The notes under the pieces: generated by a model
The model's input: only the letters and a program-made list of their open reading frames with translations
Told to the model about the DNA's origin: nothing
Databases searched by the model: none
From: a virus
Direction: 5' to 3' (one strand)
DNA length: 64,000 nucleotides
Virus record (IMG/VR): IMGVR_UViG_3300030117_006323
Coordinates: 1-64,000 of that record
Position numbers and translations under genes: made by a program
Shown: positions 55,898 through 64,000 of the stretch, in pieces
Layout of the letters: each line of letters opens with the position of its first letter
How positions within the stretch are numbered: position 1 is the first letter of the stretch

Positions 55898-56524
55898 TCA
55901 AACAATCAAAAGCATCAATACAACTGATTCTGTGCCGCCACTGACGTTCTTGAGAATTAGTGGTGTACGCTTGTATAGTTCTGTGTTGTCGTTGCTCTGA
56001 AGCGGTGTATTCGCTGTTGTTGTAATCAAGTTTGCTGCTACTGTCTCAACGGTTCCAAGATGGTGACCTTCAAGATTAGTGATTACATCACCAATGCTGA
56101 ACTGTGTTGTCGCATCAACTGTATCTACTGCAACTGAACTCTCGCTCGTTAACCAGTGTGAACCATCATTCACCAATACGCCTGTTGCGACTGATTGCAT
56201 GATTGTTGGGTCAAGACTACCTGTGTCTCCAAGCCACTGAGAACCAGTGAATAGAATATCAGAACAATCTCCTGAAAGTGTTAGTGTTGCGTTATCGGTT
56301 GAACCAGACCACTTTAGAACAACCAATCGTGGATTGAAAACGTTGCTACCATCGGTCTGTCGTGGTTGGAATGCTGTCAAAGCACCGGGGTATCCAGATG
56401 CTGCACCAGCAAGCCATACTGTGCTGTCTTGGTCTACGCCACCCTGTAGAGGCAAATCCATCATCATGTGGACATGTCCTGCGGACGGTGTGTAAGTAAT
56501 TCCTCTTTGTGTTACTGCTGCCAT
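55898..56524 (-). CDS. putative capsid decoration/cement protein
   Basis: Immediately downstream of the MCP; strong SD. Confidence 0.55.
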   Translation of the reverse strand: MAAVTQRGITYTPSAGHVHMMMDLPLQGGVDQDSTVWLAGAASGYPGALTAFQPRQTDGSNVFNPRLVVLKWSGSTDNATLTLSGDCSDILFTGSQWLGDTGSLDPTIMQSVATGVLVNDGSHWLTSESSVAVDTVDATTQFSIGDVITNLEGHHLGTVETVAANLITTTANTPLQSNDNTELYKRTPLILKNVSGGTESVVLMLLIV

Positions 56525-56561
56525 AATTTTTCACTCTCCTTGTATATTCCTACCCTAAGCC

Positions 56562-57701
56562 TCAACTGAGGTCACGAATGCTCCCTTGTGCTCCGAAGAA
56601 AGAGCACCACATTTCACCCATAGTTCGGTAAAGACCTTCCTGACCAAGTCGGTTGATACCGAATGGGTCACCAGTCTCAATACCACTCTCAAAGTATTGG
56701 GTCGGAATTGCTGTGCTGAACCAGACATAGTCTGTGTCCAAGTAGTAGATACGGCTGATACCGTCAGTTGGCATATCCTTGGTTGGGATGATTGGCACAC
56801 CGTTGTAGGTTGCGACAATAAATCCTGCCTCGATACCGGGTACGCCCTTTACACCGTTGAAGGTTGGGACGACTCGCTTCTCTTCCATGAATCGCTGTTG
56901 GCTCTGGAGGAGTTGCTGGATACGCATTAGTGTGTCATAGCCAGTTAGCATAACCTTGGGGTTACCACCACGAACCCAAATCTGTTGGAAGAGGGCGTCA
57001 AGGTGGTCAAGGCTAAGGGTTCGGTTGGTTCCCTTTGTGCCACTGCTGCTGGTCTCAGCACTGTGGAAGTCTGCACTACCATCGCGCGTAATGGAATACA
57101 TATCGTTGTCCGTGGTTGCGCTACAGTAGGAATTACCACTGGTGTGAGTATCTGGGTTCGTAGTGATACGGTCCAGAGATTCGTAATCGTTGCCCGCAGT
57201 TGTGTCGAAGTCCGTTAGGAGCATTCGGTTTACGTGGTCTGCGTGGTGCTTACCCATTTCCTCCTTGAGGATTTGGCGGATGTCACCAAGGCCATCGTCC
57301 TTGTCAGCAAGGAAAATTGCTGTCTCGGACATGTCAAAGGTGTGAGCCACCGTCTTGGGCTTTGCAGCCACGTGTAGGAAGGTAGGCTTGGTGGTGTCTG
57401 GCAGGGTTGCGTTTTCAGCAACACCGCCGCCCTTGGTGAACGAAGGCTTGGCGGTAATGATTCTCCAACCGCTTCGGTCCCATGGCTTCTTGGGTAGAAT
57501 GCTGAATGCGTTGAATTCTTGGTTCAACTGGCTCCAGACCTTGCGACCATAAATCGCTTGGTATGTGCCGGCAGTGGTGCTCATCAACGGAGCATCAGCC
57601 TTCAATAGTTCAGAGCCACTGTATGAGTAGCCCATTGCGTTACCAGCGCCATAGTAATAGCGCTCTAAATCAGTTACTGTTCGGATATAATCTCGTGCCA
57701 T
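56562..57701 (-). CDS. major capsid protein (HK97 fold)
   Basis: Follows the protease; GGVAENA.LP…PK.VAH.F..SE, GG.PKV..T, Y.GVPIIP..D. Confidence 0.85.
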   Translation of the reverse strand: MARDYIRTVTDLERYYYGAGNAMGYSYSGSELLKADAPLMSTTAGTYQAIYGRKVWSQLNQEFNAFSILPKKPWDRSGWRIITAKPSFTKGGGVAENATLPDTTKPTFLHVAAKPKTVAHTFDMSETAIFLADKDDGLGDIRQILKEEMGKHHADHVNRMLLTDFDTTAGNDYESLDRITTNPDTHTSGNSYCSATTDNDMYSITRDGSADFHSAETSSSGTKGTNRTLSLDHLDALFQQIWVRGGNPKVMLTGYDTLMRIQQLLQSQQRFMEEKRVVPTFNGVKGVPGIEAGFIVATYNGVPIIPTKDMPTDGISRIYYLDTDYVWFSTAIPTQYFESGIETGDPFGINRLGQEGLYRTMGEMWCSFFGAQGSIRDLS

Positions 57702-57706
57702 TTATT

Positions 57707-59074
57707 TCACTCTCCTTGGTGCCAAACTGTTCCGGCGAGGTTGTGCACCTCATTCCAATCCATGTTGGCTAGTTCTTCAGTTGTTGGGATTGCCACGCTG
57801 CTAGATGCAGGCGCGGACTTCTGAAGTGTGGTTCCGGTTTGTCCACCGGATAGGGTGTCAATGCGCTCATTGAGTTGCTCGATAGCCTTCATGACTTCTG
57901 TCATAGGTCCGCGTGCATCGTATGCATGCTTCTCGGCTTCTGCCTTCTCAACTGCTTGCTCTTGACCCAAGCGGGCCTCAAAGACATCACCAAGGCTTTC
58001 CTTGAACTGCTGCTCAAGTGCTGCTGCCTTGTAAACTTGGTATGCTGCTTCTACATCAGCAGGGTTCACAGAGTCAGGGTGTAGGAACTCTGACTTGTTC
58101 ATGGTAGAGGCTTTGCCCTTTCCACCAGTGCCGTAATTGGCCTTGGGTACTTCTGGCTTTCCTTCAACCTGTGTGTGCCCCTTGGCTTGACCTGTGCGCT
58201 GGGTTTCATTACCAGCCAACTGCTCAGGTGTTGAGCCAAGGTTTGCCTTGTTCATCTGGTCGAAGTGGTTACGTGCTGCCGCTGTGTCCACACCAGCGCT
58301 CTTGACTGTGCTTTCTAGCCAATCAAGATATTCACTGGTGATAACATCTGAATACTGCGATTTCTCCATGTCATCATCTTCCTTTTCGTCTTTCTTTTCG
58401 TCTTTCTTTTCGTCTGAATCTTTGGATTCTTTCTTATCTTCCATGAAAGGAGGCATTTCTCCCTTTTCCATGGAATCAATTCTAGTTTCCAAACGGTTCA
58501 AAACACTCGATAGTTGGTCGAGTGTATCCATATTACTGCTTTCACTTGTCATTGTTGTGTCCTCCTTTAGGATTCTGAATTGAGCCTCTGGGTTTATTCC
58601 TTTTTCACAAATGGTTACTTCGTGGAGTTCAAGTTTACTGATTTCGGTGTAATCTCCGTGTTCTTTGTCGCTTTTGTTCATTCTTTTGAATGCTTGACCA
58701 CCGATACTAAATCCACGTAAATTGCCTTTTCTAATTTCGGCTGCGACTTCACGTGCTTTTTCGATGTCACTTCGGAGTTTGACTACTACAAACATCCCGA
58801 CATCATCAACTTCGCTTTTCCAGACCCTCCCATTGCTATCTGTGTGTTTGCTAACTACTTCTCCAACTTGTATATTTGAGTGAGCCAATTGAACATTCTG
58901 AAATCCGGGGTTTTCCATAAATTTCCCGAATGCGTCTTTCAATGCCTCCTTTGTAATTAAGTCACCTTGTTTATCGACTAATTCGACGCTAGCATACCCA
59001 GCGACGACCAGTTCACTACCCTTGAGGATAGAGATACCCCCACGGGGCAACCGGAGTCTTGGTTCAGCCAACAC
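57707..59074 (-). CDS. prohead protease with C-terminal scaffold region
   Basis: VAGYASVE.VDKQGD, H…VG, GFSIGG, LHEVTIC..G.NPEA; charged coiled-coil tail. Confidence 0.9.
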   Translation of the reverse strand: MLAEPRLRLPRGGISILKGSELVVAGYASVELVDKQGDLITKEALKDAFGKFMENPGFQNVQLAHSNIQVGEVVSKHTDSNGRVWKSEVDDVGMFVVVKLRSDIEKAREVAAEIRKGNLRGFSIGGQAFKRMNKSDKEHGDYTEISKLELHEVTICEKGINPEAQFRILKEDTTMTSESSNMDTLDQLSSVLNRLETRIDSMEKGEMPPFMEDKKESKDSDEKKDEKKDEKEDDDMEKSQYSDVITSEYLDWLESTVKSAGVDTAAARNHFDQMNKANLGSTPEQLAGNETQRTGQAKGHTQVEGKPEVPKANYGTGGKGKASTMNKSEFLHPDSVNPADVEAAYQVYKAAALEQQFKESLGDVFEARLGQEQAVEKAEAEKHAYDARGPMTEVMKAIEQLNERIDTLSGGQTGTTLQKSAPASSSVAIPTTEELANMDWNEVHNLAGTVWHQGE

Positions 59075-59098
59075 ACAATCACCATCACATTTGTAGAC

Positions 59099-59106
59099 CT
59101 ATATAA
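59099..59106 (-). promoter_or_regulatory. TATA box (TTATATAG) of the putative late capsid-operon promoter
   Basis: In the short intergenic gap ~25-30 nt upstream of the protease start. Confidence 0.5.
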
Positions 59107-59117
59107 TACCAATAGTT

Positions 59118-62100
59118 TCAGATAACAAGTGAAGCCTCGTCGCTATCGACAGTCAATTGGCCTTCTTCTCCTTCTTCTGTTTCCAATTTTTCTTCGATTT
59201 TATTCTTATCTTTACTGTTTTTGGATTGTTGTTGCCAAGTTTTCTCTGGGTCAGTCATTGGTCGTTCACGCATATCCCAATCAGGAATAGTAGATTCACT
59301 TACCAAATCAGTCGGACCTCGTGGTGAAGAGCCCGGTGTCCCATAATCCATACCCATGCCTCTAGCGCCAGTCCAAGTTGTACGTTCTTTGCTAATGACT
59401 TCTAAAGCACGCAATGCGACTTCTAATGCCTTGGTTACAGTAGGTTTGTGAAATGTATCTTTGATTTTCTTGGGTTCAATCAAAGGCTCTGCATCCTCAC
59501 TACTTTCGTGTACCTCTTCTTTTTTCTCGGTATCTTCGTATTCTAATCCTTTCAGCAAGGCTGCTGCTACAGGAGACCAAAACGGCCTCACACTTTCTGA
59601 CAAACGAATAGAATAGGAATTGTCACTCATATCGCCCATGAGCGCTTGAGGTGAATGAATAAGCCATCCTTCAGGCCACTCATCAATTTTGTAAAGCACT
59701 TCATCATTGAGGGCAGGAAGAGTTACAGCAACTTGGTTGCCACGAATAGTAACACCGTGTGGCCATTGGATTGGAGCGTAAGATTTTGTCAATAGAGACA
59801 GAGTTTCAAGACTCGCTGGGCCTTCACCGAATCCTTCTCCTTCAATATCTTGGGCTTGGATTGTATATACATCGCGCCCGTTACGTGTAGATTGTGTCAC
59901 ACTGTCAATTCCGACATTGACAATATCTCCAATATTGAACGGCTTTTGGCTACGTACAATTGTACCAATATCCATGTACGGTTTCTCATCATGGCTCTTG
60001 GCTCTGTTCCCTAATCCTTCATTATCAATCAAAGGACCTGCACCTAACCTGTAGGAATAAGGACCCTTGCCCTTTCTATCCAATACAATAAAGTTCAATT
60101 CTTTAGGTGAGCGCAATAGAATCCACTTTGGATGTCTGCGTTCTCCTTTCATGTAGGTAGATTGCGCGTCACGTAGCAGATACATAGAATCATTTTCTTG
60201 TAAATTCTCTAACGCTTTGGCTAAATTTTCTTCATCTGCTGTGCGTGTATTGTGAGGTGCTGGCAGTTCTACATGTTCGTTGCTTGAATAATGAGCGCGC
60301 AACAATTTGACTCTTTCATGTGAATTCAAATCACTCACATCATCCTTTTGATGTTTGAGAATATCAAGAATTTGGAAATTATCACCAGACAAAATACCGT
60401 CGATGACGTAATCATCGTCAGAAATACTCTTGAGAGAACCGGGAAGTCCTGTGTCTAAAGATTTGGTTTTCCCGTTTTCATCATACACTGTGACTTTACC
60501 ATCTTCTTTGGAGACAATCAAACGCTCTCCTTGAGGGATTCTTGAAATGACCCAATCACCACTAAAGCCCTTGAGAGCAGCCAAATCATCTTGGTCAAAG
60601 ATACGATGCATAGGTCGTATCGGTGGAGCCCAATTTTCTGATGCTTCTTTGAGTAAAATATCAGGATTCATCAGACTAGTAATGGGCAAATCTTCTGATG
60701 CTGTGAAAATATTCGGGTCATCTAAGGGGTCGCTACCCATTGGAGACATTGTCATGAAATTAGGAGCAGCCAAATGTAATTCAGAGCCCATGTGTGGTTC
60801 CAATTGTGGGAATGCACTCAACAAATATGGCGCAGGGACGCTGTGTAAACGAGTAGGAACAGGTACTGAAGAACGAGCAATTTGGCTACTACCATCTGTC
60901 GCATTAAATCTTGGCCAGAAATCAGGAGCCATCAACCAACCTGATTCTAAACGGCCAGCCTCTAACAAATCTAACACTGAATTATGATTAGGTCCAACTG
61001 GACCAAGTGGCATTTGAATCCATTGTGCTTTTTGCTGTTCAGGAGGTTGATATTCTGAAGGAGATTCTACTTCAGGGTCATGGAGAACAAAAGAGTTCAA
61101 TCTTTCCATTGCGTCAAGGCGATTGTTGTGTCTTTTGATTGGAGCGCGACCGCTTCCGCCCGTGTTAGGCATATCTTTTCTGTCACCATAAGAAGCACCG
61201 GGCACCCATGTGAGCCCATGAGCAGAGGCTTCATCGCCTGTGAATCTGAATAAATTATTCAATTGACGCAAACCACCATGTACGTAAGGGTCATGAGAAT
61301 TTACCAATTCTTCCATATCCCCGGAAATAGGCTCTACATTGGGTATCATACCTGCATTGTAAATTTCAGATGCACGCAAAGCAACTTGTGGTTTCCCGCC
61401 CAGTGCATTCAAAATTTCTTGAGCATGTTTTTTCTGCATAGAATCAGAGGAATCCAGTCCTAATTTTTCCATAACTTGTTCAGGTGTGTCATCAGGTTGT
61501 ATAGTCCTACCAGAGGCTAGGCCCTTCGCTCCTCCTGCCATTTGCGCGAAAGGATTGTTTTGGATACGAGGCATATCTTTGGTCGCTACTTGTTCAACTG
61601 GTGCTACATCATAACCTAAACCAGTTTGCCCATGATGCTCATGAGGCATTTCCATCATGTAACGCTGAGCGAATCTAAACGCTTGCAGAGCATTTGAAAG
61701 TAGTCTTTGTGGGTCATCGTCAGGGAATAAATCTGGGTGTTCTTTTGTCCATTGAGGTATGAGTTGTTTGACTACATTAGTGATAGCGTCAAAATGACTG
61801 CCCATCATTTCATTGTGTTTGTCAGAAAACCAAGTGGCTCTGTCATCTTGTGCAACTCCTGCTCGTGTAGGCATTGCGTCGAGACTTACTTCTAAATCAC
61901 GCAAATCTTCATTCATAGCCCTGAAGTGCTCAATTTTATTCTGTGCGCGCTGGCGCATATCATCATCGACCCAATTGCCATTTTCATCCGTACCTCTTTG
62001 ATGAAGATGGGCAATCTCTTCTTCCATGACATTCAATCTGTGTAAAATTTCATCTGCTCGACCGTGCAAAGCCTGTTCTTCAGGAGTAGGAACCATTTCA

Positions 62101-63998
62101 GGCAATTGTTTCATTTGTGCTCTTGTGTTTTGTGTGATTTCTTCTACCTGCGCGACCCAATTTTCGTGTTGTTCTGTGTATGCATCTTCGGCAACCTTTC
62201 TCTCTTCTGCACTTAATTCTTCTAATTGTTTAGGCGTATATTGCATCACAGGTTCTGGTGGGATTAAGCCCATTTTGTCGGCTACTTTGTGTGGGTCTTG
62301 ACCATCTAATTGACCAAGTTCTCTCATTGTTCTAACCATGTCAAGAGTTTGGGCATCCATTACCTGCATTCCTTCCATAGGATAATTGGTCAAACCTTGG
62401 TGGTCTGAAAACGCACGAGTGCTCGCGTAAGGAATTTTACTTACATCGACTAAATCTTTCGTGATGTCACTAAATTTCAATACCTTGGAACCCATAGGTG
62501 AACCCGGAGGGTGCATTCTACCCAGAAGTGCAATCATGCGCTTTTTGAGAACATCGCCCATTCTCGGATTGATATGTCCTTCTGTTGAAGATTCCATTCT
62601 TGTAAATGGGTCGTATGTGTGTAATTGACGGCCACCCATGTAACGATTTGTAGTAACACCCAATTCTTTTTTCCGTTGCGTGTCATGAATACGCATGGCT
62701 TTGTCTGTAAAAACTGGATGACTAGAAGATGCTGTTAGAGTGAAATTGTTTTTGGAAGTTCTAGGCTCTTCGTGTGGTGTATGGTCCTCTGCGACAGTTG
62801 TACCTGATTTGTCCCACATATTGAGAATAGAGGCAAGTCGAGATTCACTACGCGACAAATCATCAGAAGTGTGAACTCCACTAGGGGGCATAACAGATGC
62901 AAAAACACCTAGCATGTCTGGACGAATTTCCAATGATTCTAACTCTCCAGTTACAGGATTGTGTTTCCCAGTACCGAGGAATGAATGAGACAAGTGGTCC
63001 GTCGAACTACCTGTTTTGATTTTTTGGCCATCAACATCTACACCCCCGCTATCTTTAGTGATTCCTGTAGTAAGGAAATTGTGCATCTTTTCTAGATAAG
63101 ACATCAAAGAACGATTGGCCCCTCCTTTGGAAAATGCTCTGTGCCAATGAGAAGCAAAAGTATCACTGTGCCCACCTGTTGTGTCTGTATGGTAAATATC
63201 AGGTATGCCCAGTTTTTCAATATCTGCTTTACTAGGCCCACGTGCTCCTCTTTGGGCTAGTGCTGCATTTCTGATGCTTTTTTCACGATTGTCTAAATCT
63301 TCCAATTTCAACGATTCTTTGATTACACCCATGTATTGGTCAGGAGTGAGTAAAGGACCTTCCCAATCTGGGAACAAAGGATGTTCACCTGCTTCAATGG
63401 GGTCACCATCTTCATCGTAACCGGCTAGAAGATTGAATACATGTGCACTCAAAGAAGGAGGAGTGCCCTCTTTCGTTCTTTGGCGTTTGATTTTGTGTGG
63501 TTCGCCATCTTTCCGAGGAATAAGGAAAGGCATTTCTGTGTGTTCTTTGTCATCCTCATAATCCATGTAATCGTTAAAACTTTCAAGCAAAAAATCATGT
63601 GCGTTTCTGCCATCTAAATCTAAATTTTTCAAAGCCTTGTTCAAATTCCGTTGCCCTCTATATTCTCCTTTGTACGGTTTCTCAAGAATTTGGTTTTTAT
63701 TGGGCCCAACCATGTGTGGATAACGATAGTACCACAAATATTCTGGGAACATACGACGCATCATATTCCGCTTAAAACGACCTATTGACATGTGAGGGCT
63801 GTTTTGATTGTAATCTGAGCCATTTTCCATGACATGTGTGAGAAATTCAGTTCGCTGTTGAGGTGTTAAAAATTCTAAACCACCCATATAACCTAGCCAT
63901 CCTAATTTAGAAGAATGAGATTTACCCTCGCTATCAATAAAATCCTCACCACTTGTCCATTCTTTGGCCATTTCTCTGAAATGCTGCTGCCTAGCATT
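59118..63998 (-). CDS. large (>1617 aa, 5'-truncated) head-module protein with degenerate ATP-dependent ligase domain
   Basis: Frame is open to the window edge; WVISRIPQGER (motif I, no Lys), VIDG, ILDIL, ER.KLLR, RDAQSTY.KGE…KW, OB-like Y.LG.GP. Confidence 0.75.
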   Translation of the reverse strand, partial: NARQQHFREMAKEWTSGEDFIDSEGKSHSSKLGWLGYMGGLEFLTPQQRTEFLTHVMENGSDYNQNSPHMSIGRFKRNMMRRMFPEYLWYYRYPHMVGPNKNQILEKPYKGEYRGQRNLNKALKNLDLDGRNAHDFLLESFNDYMDYEDDKEHTEMPFLIPRKDGEPHKIKRQRTKEGTPPSLSAHVFNLLAGYDEDGDPIEAGEHPLFPDWEGPLLTPDQYMGVIKESLKLEDLDNREKSIRNAALAQRGARGPSKADIEKLGIPDIYHTDTTGGHSDTFASHWHRAFSKGGANRSLMSYLEKMHNFLTTGITKDSGGVDVDGQKIKTGSSTDHLSHSFLGTGKHNPVTGELESLEIRPDMLGVFASVMPPSGVHTSDDLSRSESRLASILNMWDKSGTTVAEDHTPHEEPRTSKNNFTLTASSSHPVFTDKAMRIHDTQRKKELGVTTNRYMGGRQLHTYDPFTRMESSTEGHINPRMGDVLKKRMIALLGRMHPPGSPMGSKVLKFSDITKDLVDVSKIPYASTRAFSDHQGLTNYPMEGMQVMDAQTLDMVRTMRELGQLDGQDPHKVADKMGLIPPEPVMQYTPKQLEELSAEERKVAEDAYTEQHENWVAQVEEITQNTRAQMKQLPEMVPTPEEQALHGRADEILHRLNVMEEEIAHLHQRGTDENGNWVDDDMRQRAQNKIEHFRAMNEDLRDLEVSLDAMPTRAGVAQDDRATWFSDKHNEMMGSHFDAITNVVKQLIPQWTKEHPDLFPDDDPQRLLSNALQAFRFAQRYMMEMPHEHHGQTGLGYDVAPVEQVATKDMPRIQNNPFAQMAGGAKGLASGRTIQPDDTPEQVMEKLGLDSSDSMQKKHAQEILNALGGKPQVALRASEIYNAGMIPNVEPISGDMEELVNSHDPYVHGGLRQLNNLFRFTGDEASAHGLTWVPGASYGDRKDMPNTGGSGRAPIKRHNNRLDAMERLNSFVLHDPEVESPSEYQPPEQQKAQWIQMPLGPVGPNHNSVLDLLEAGRLESGWLMAPDFWPRFNATDGSSQIARSSVPVPTRLHSVPAPYLLSAFPQLEPHMGSELHLAAPNFMTMSPMGSDPLDDPNIFTASEDLPITSLMNPDILLKEASENWAPPIRPMHRIFDQDDLAALKGFSGDWVISRIPQGERLIVSKEDGKVTVYDENGKTKSLDTGLPGSLKSISDDDYVIDGILSGDNFQILDILKHQKDDVSDLNSHERVKLLRAHYSSNEHVELPAPHNTRTADEENLAKALENLQENDSMYLLRDAQSTYMKGERRHPKWILLRSPKELNFIVLDRKGKGPYSYRLGAGPLIDNEGLGNRAKSHDEKPYMDIGTIVRSQKPFNIGDIVNVGIDSVTQSTRNGRDVYTIQAQDIEGEGFGEGPASLETLSLLTKSYAPIQWPHGVTIRGNQVAVTLPALNDEVLYKIDEWPEGWLIHSPQALMGDMSDNSYSIRLSESVRPFWSPVAAALLKGLEYEDTEKKEEVHESSEDAEPLIEPKKIKDTFHKPTVTKALEVALRALEVISKERTTWTGARGMGMDYGTPGSSPRGPTDLVSESTIPDWDMRERPMTDPEKTWQQQSKNSKDKNKIEEKLETEEGEEGQLTVDSDEASLVI

Positions 63999-64000
63999 CC

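Noticed and set aside
25366-63420. Numerous + strand ORFs in the right half
   Set aside because: Antisense shadows of the structural operon.
1-64000. Stop-codon reassignment or integrated provirus boundary
   Set aside because: Standard-code ORFs tile the window densely, and no integrase, att site or block of host genes is visible.

Overview
The window is a gene-dense fragment of a tailed archaeal virus (Caudoviricetes, HK97-type head). Its gene content best matches the 'magrovirus'-type viruses of marine Poseidoniales (Marine Group II), but that assignment is inferred from gene content and was not checked by a search. It has two convergent halves. The + strand (1-25.2 kb) carries an accessory region and an archaeal-type replication/transcription module: DenV-like glycosylase, DUF932, RFC-S, putative SSB, Sak4/RecA-like ATPase, putative PCNA, PolB, Cas4-like nuclease, PriS-PriL fusion primase, XPF/ERCC4 nuclease, MCM-like helicase, DEDD exonuclease, group II chaperonin and TFB. 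The - strand (25.2-64 kb) is the morphogenesis module: a ligase-domain head-region protein, prohead protease, major capsid protein, connector, tail tube, chaperones, a very short tape measure and a 5681-aa giant protein. The most notable observations are: (1) an array of tiny Zn-finger genes joined by an identical 20-bp SD/stop/start junction repeat, resembling a recombinational gene-cassette system, with further junction-repeat families elsewhere; (2) a ~180-nt intergenic element of two related hairpins with pseudoknot potential in front of the PCNA-like gene; (3) a full TFB, a stand-alone single-cyclin 'mini-TFB' and a five-copy TTTAAG promoter motif, two copies of which form 33-bp direct repeats bracketing RFC-S; (4) two ATP-dependent-ligase-fold proteins that both lack the catalytic lysine; (5) PIP-box microproteins; (6) a triple-frame overlap at the primase/nuclease junction. 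All calls come from manual motif reading, with no database searches.
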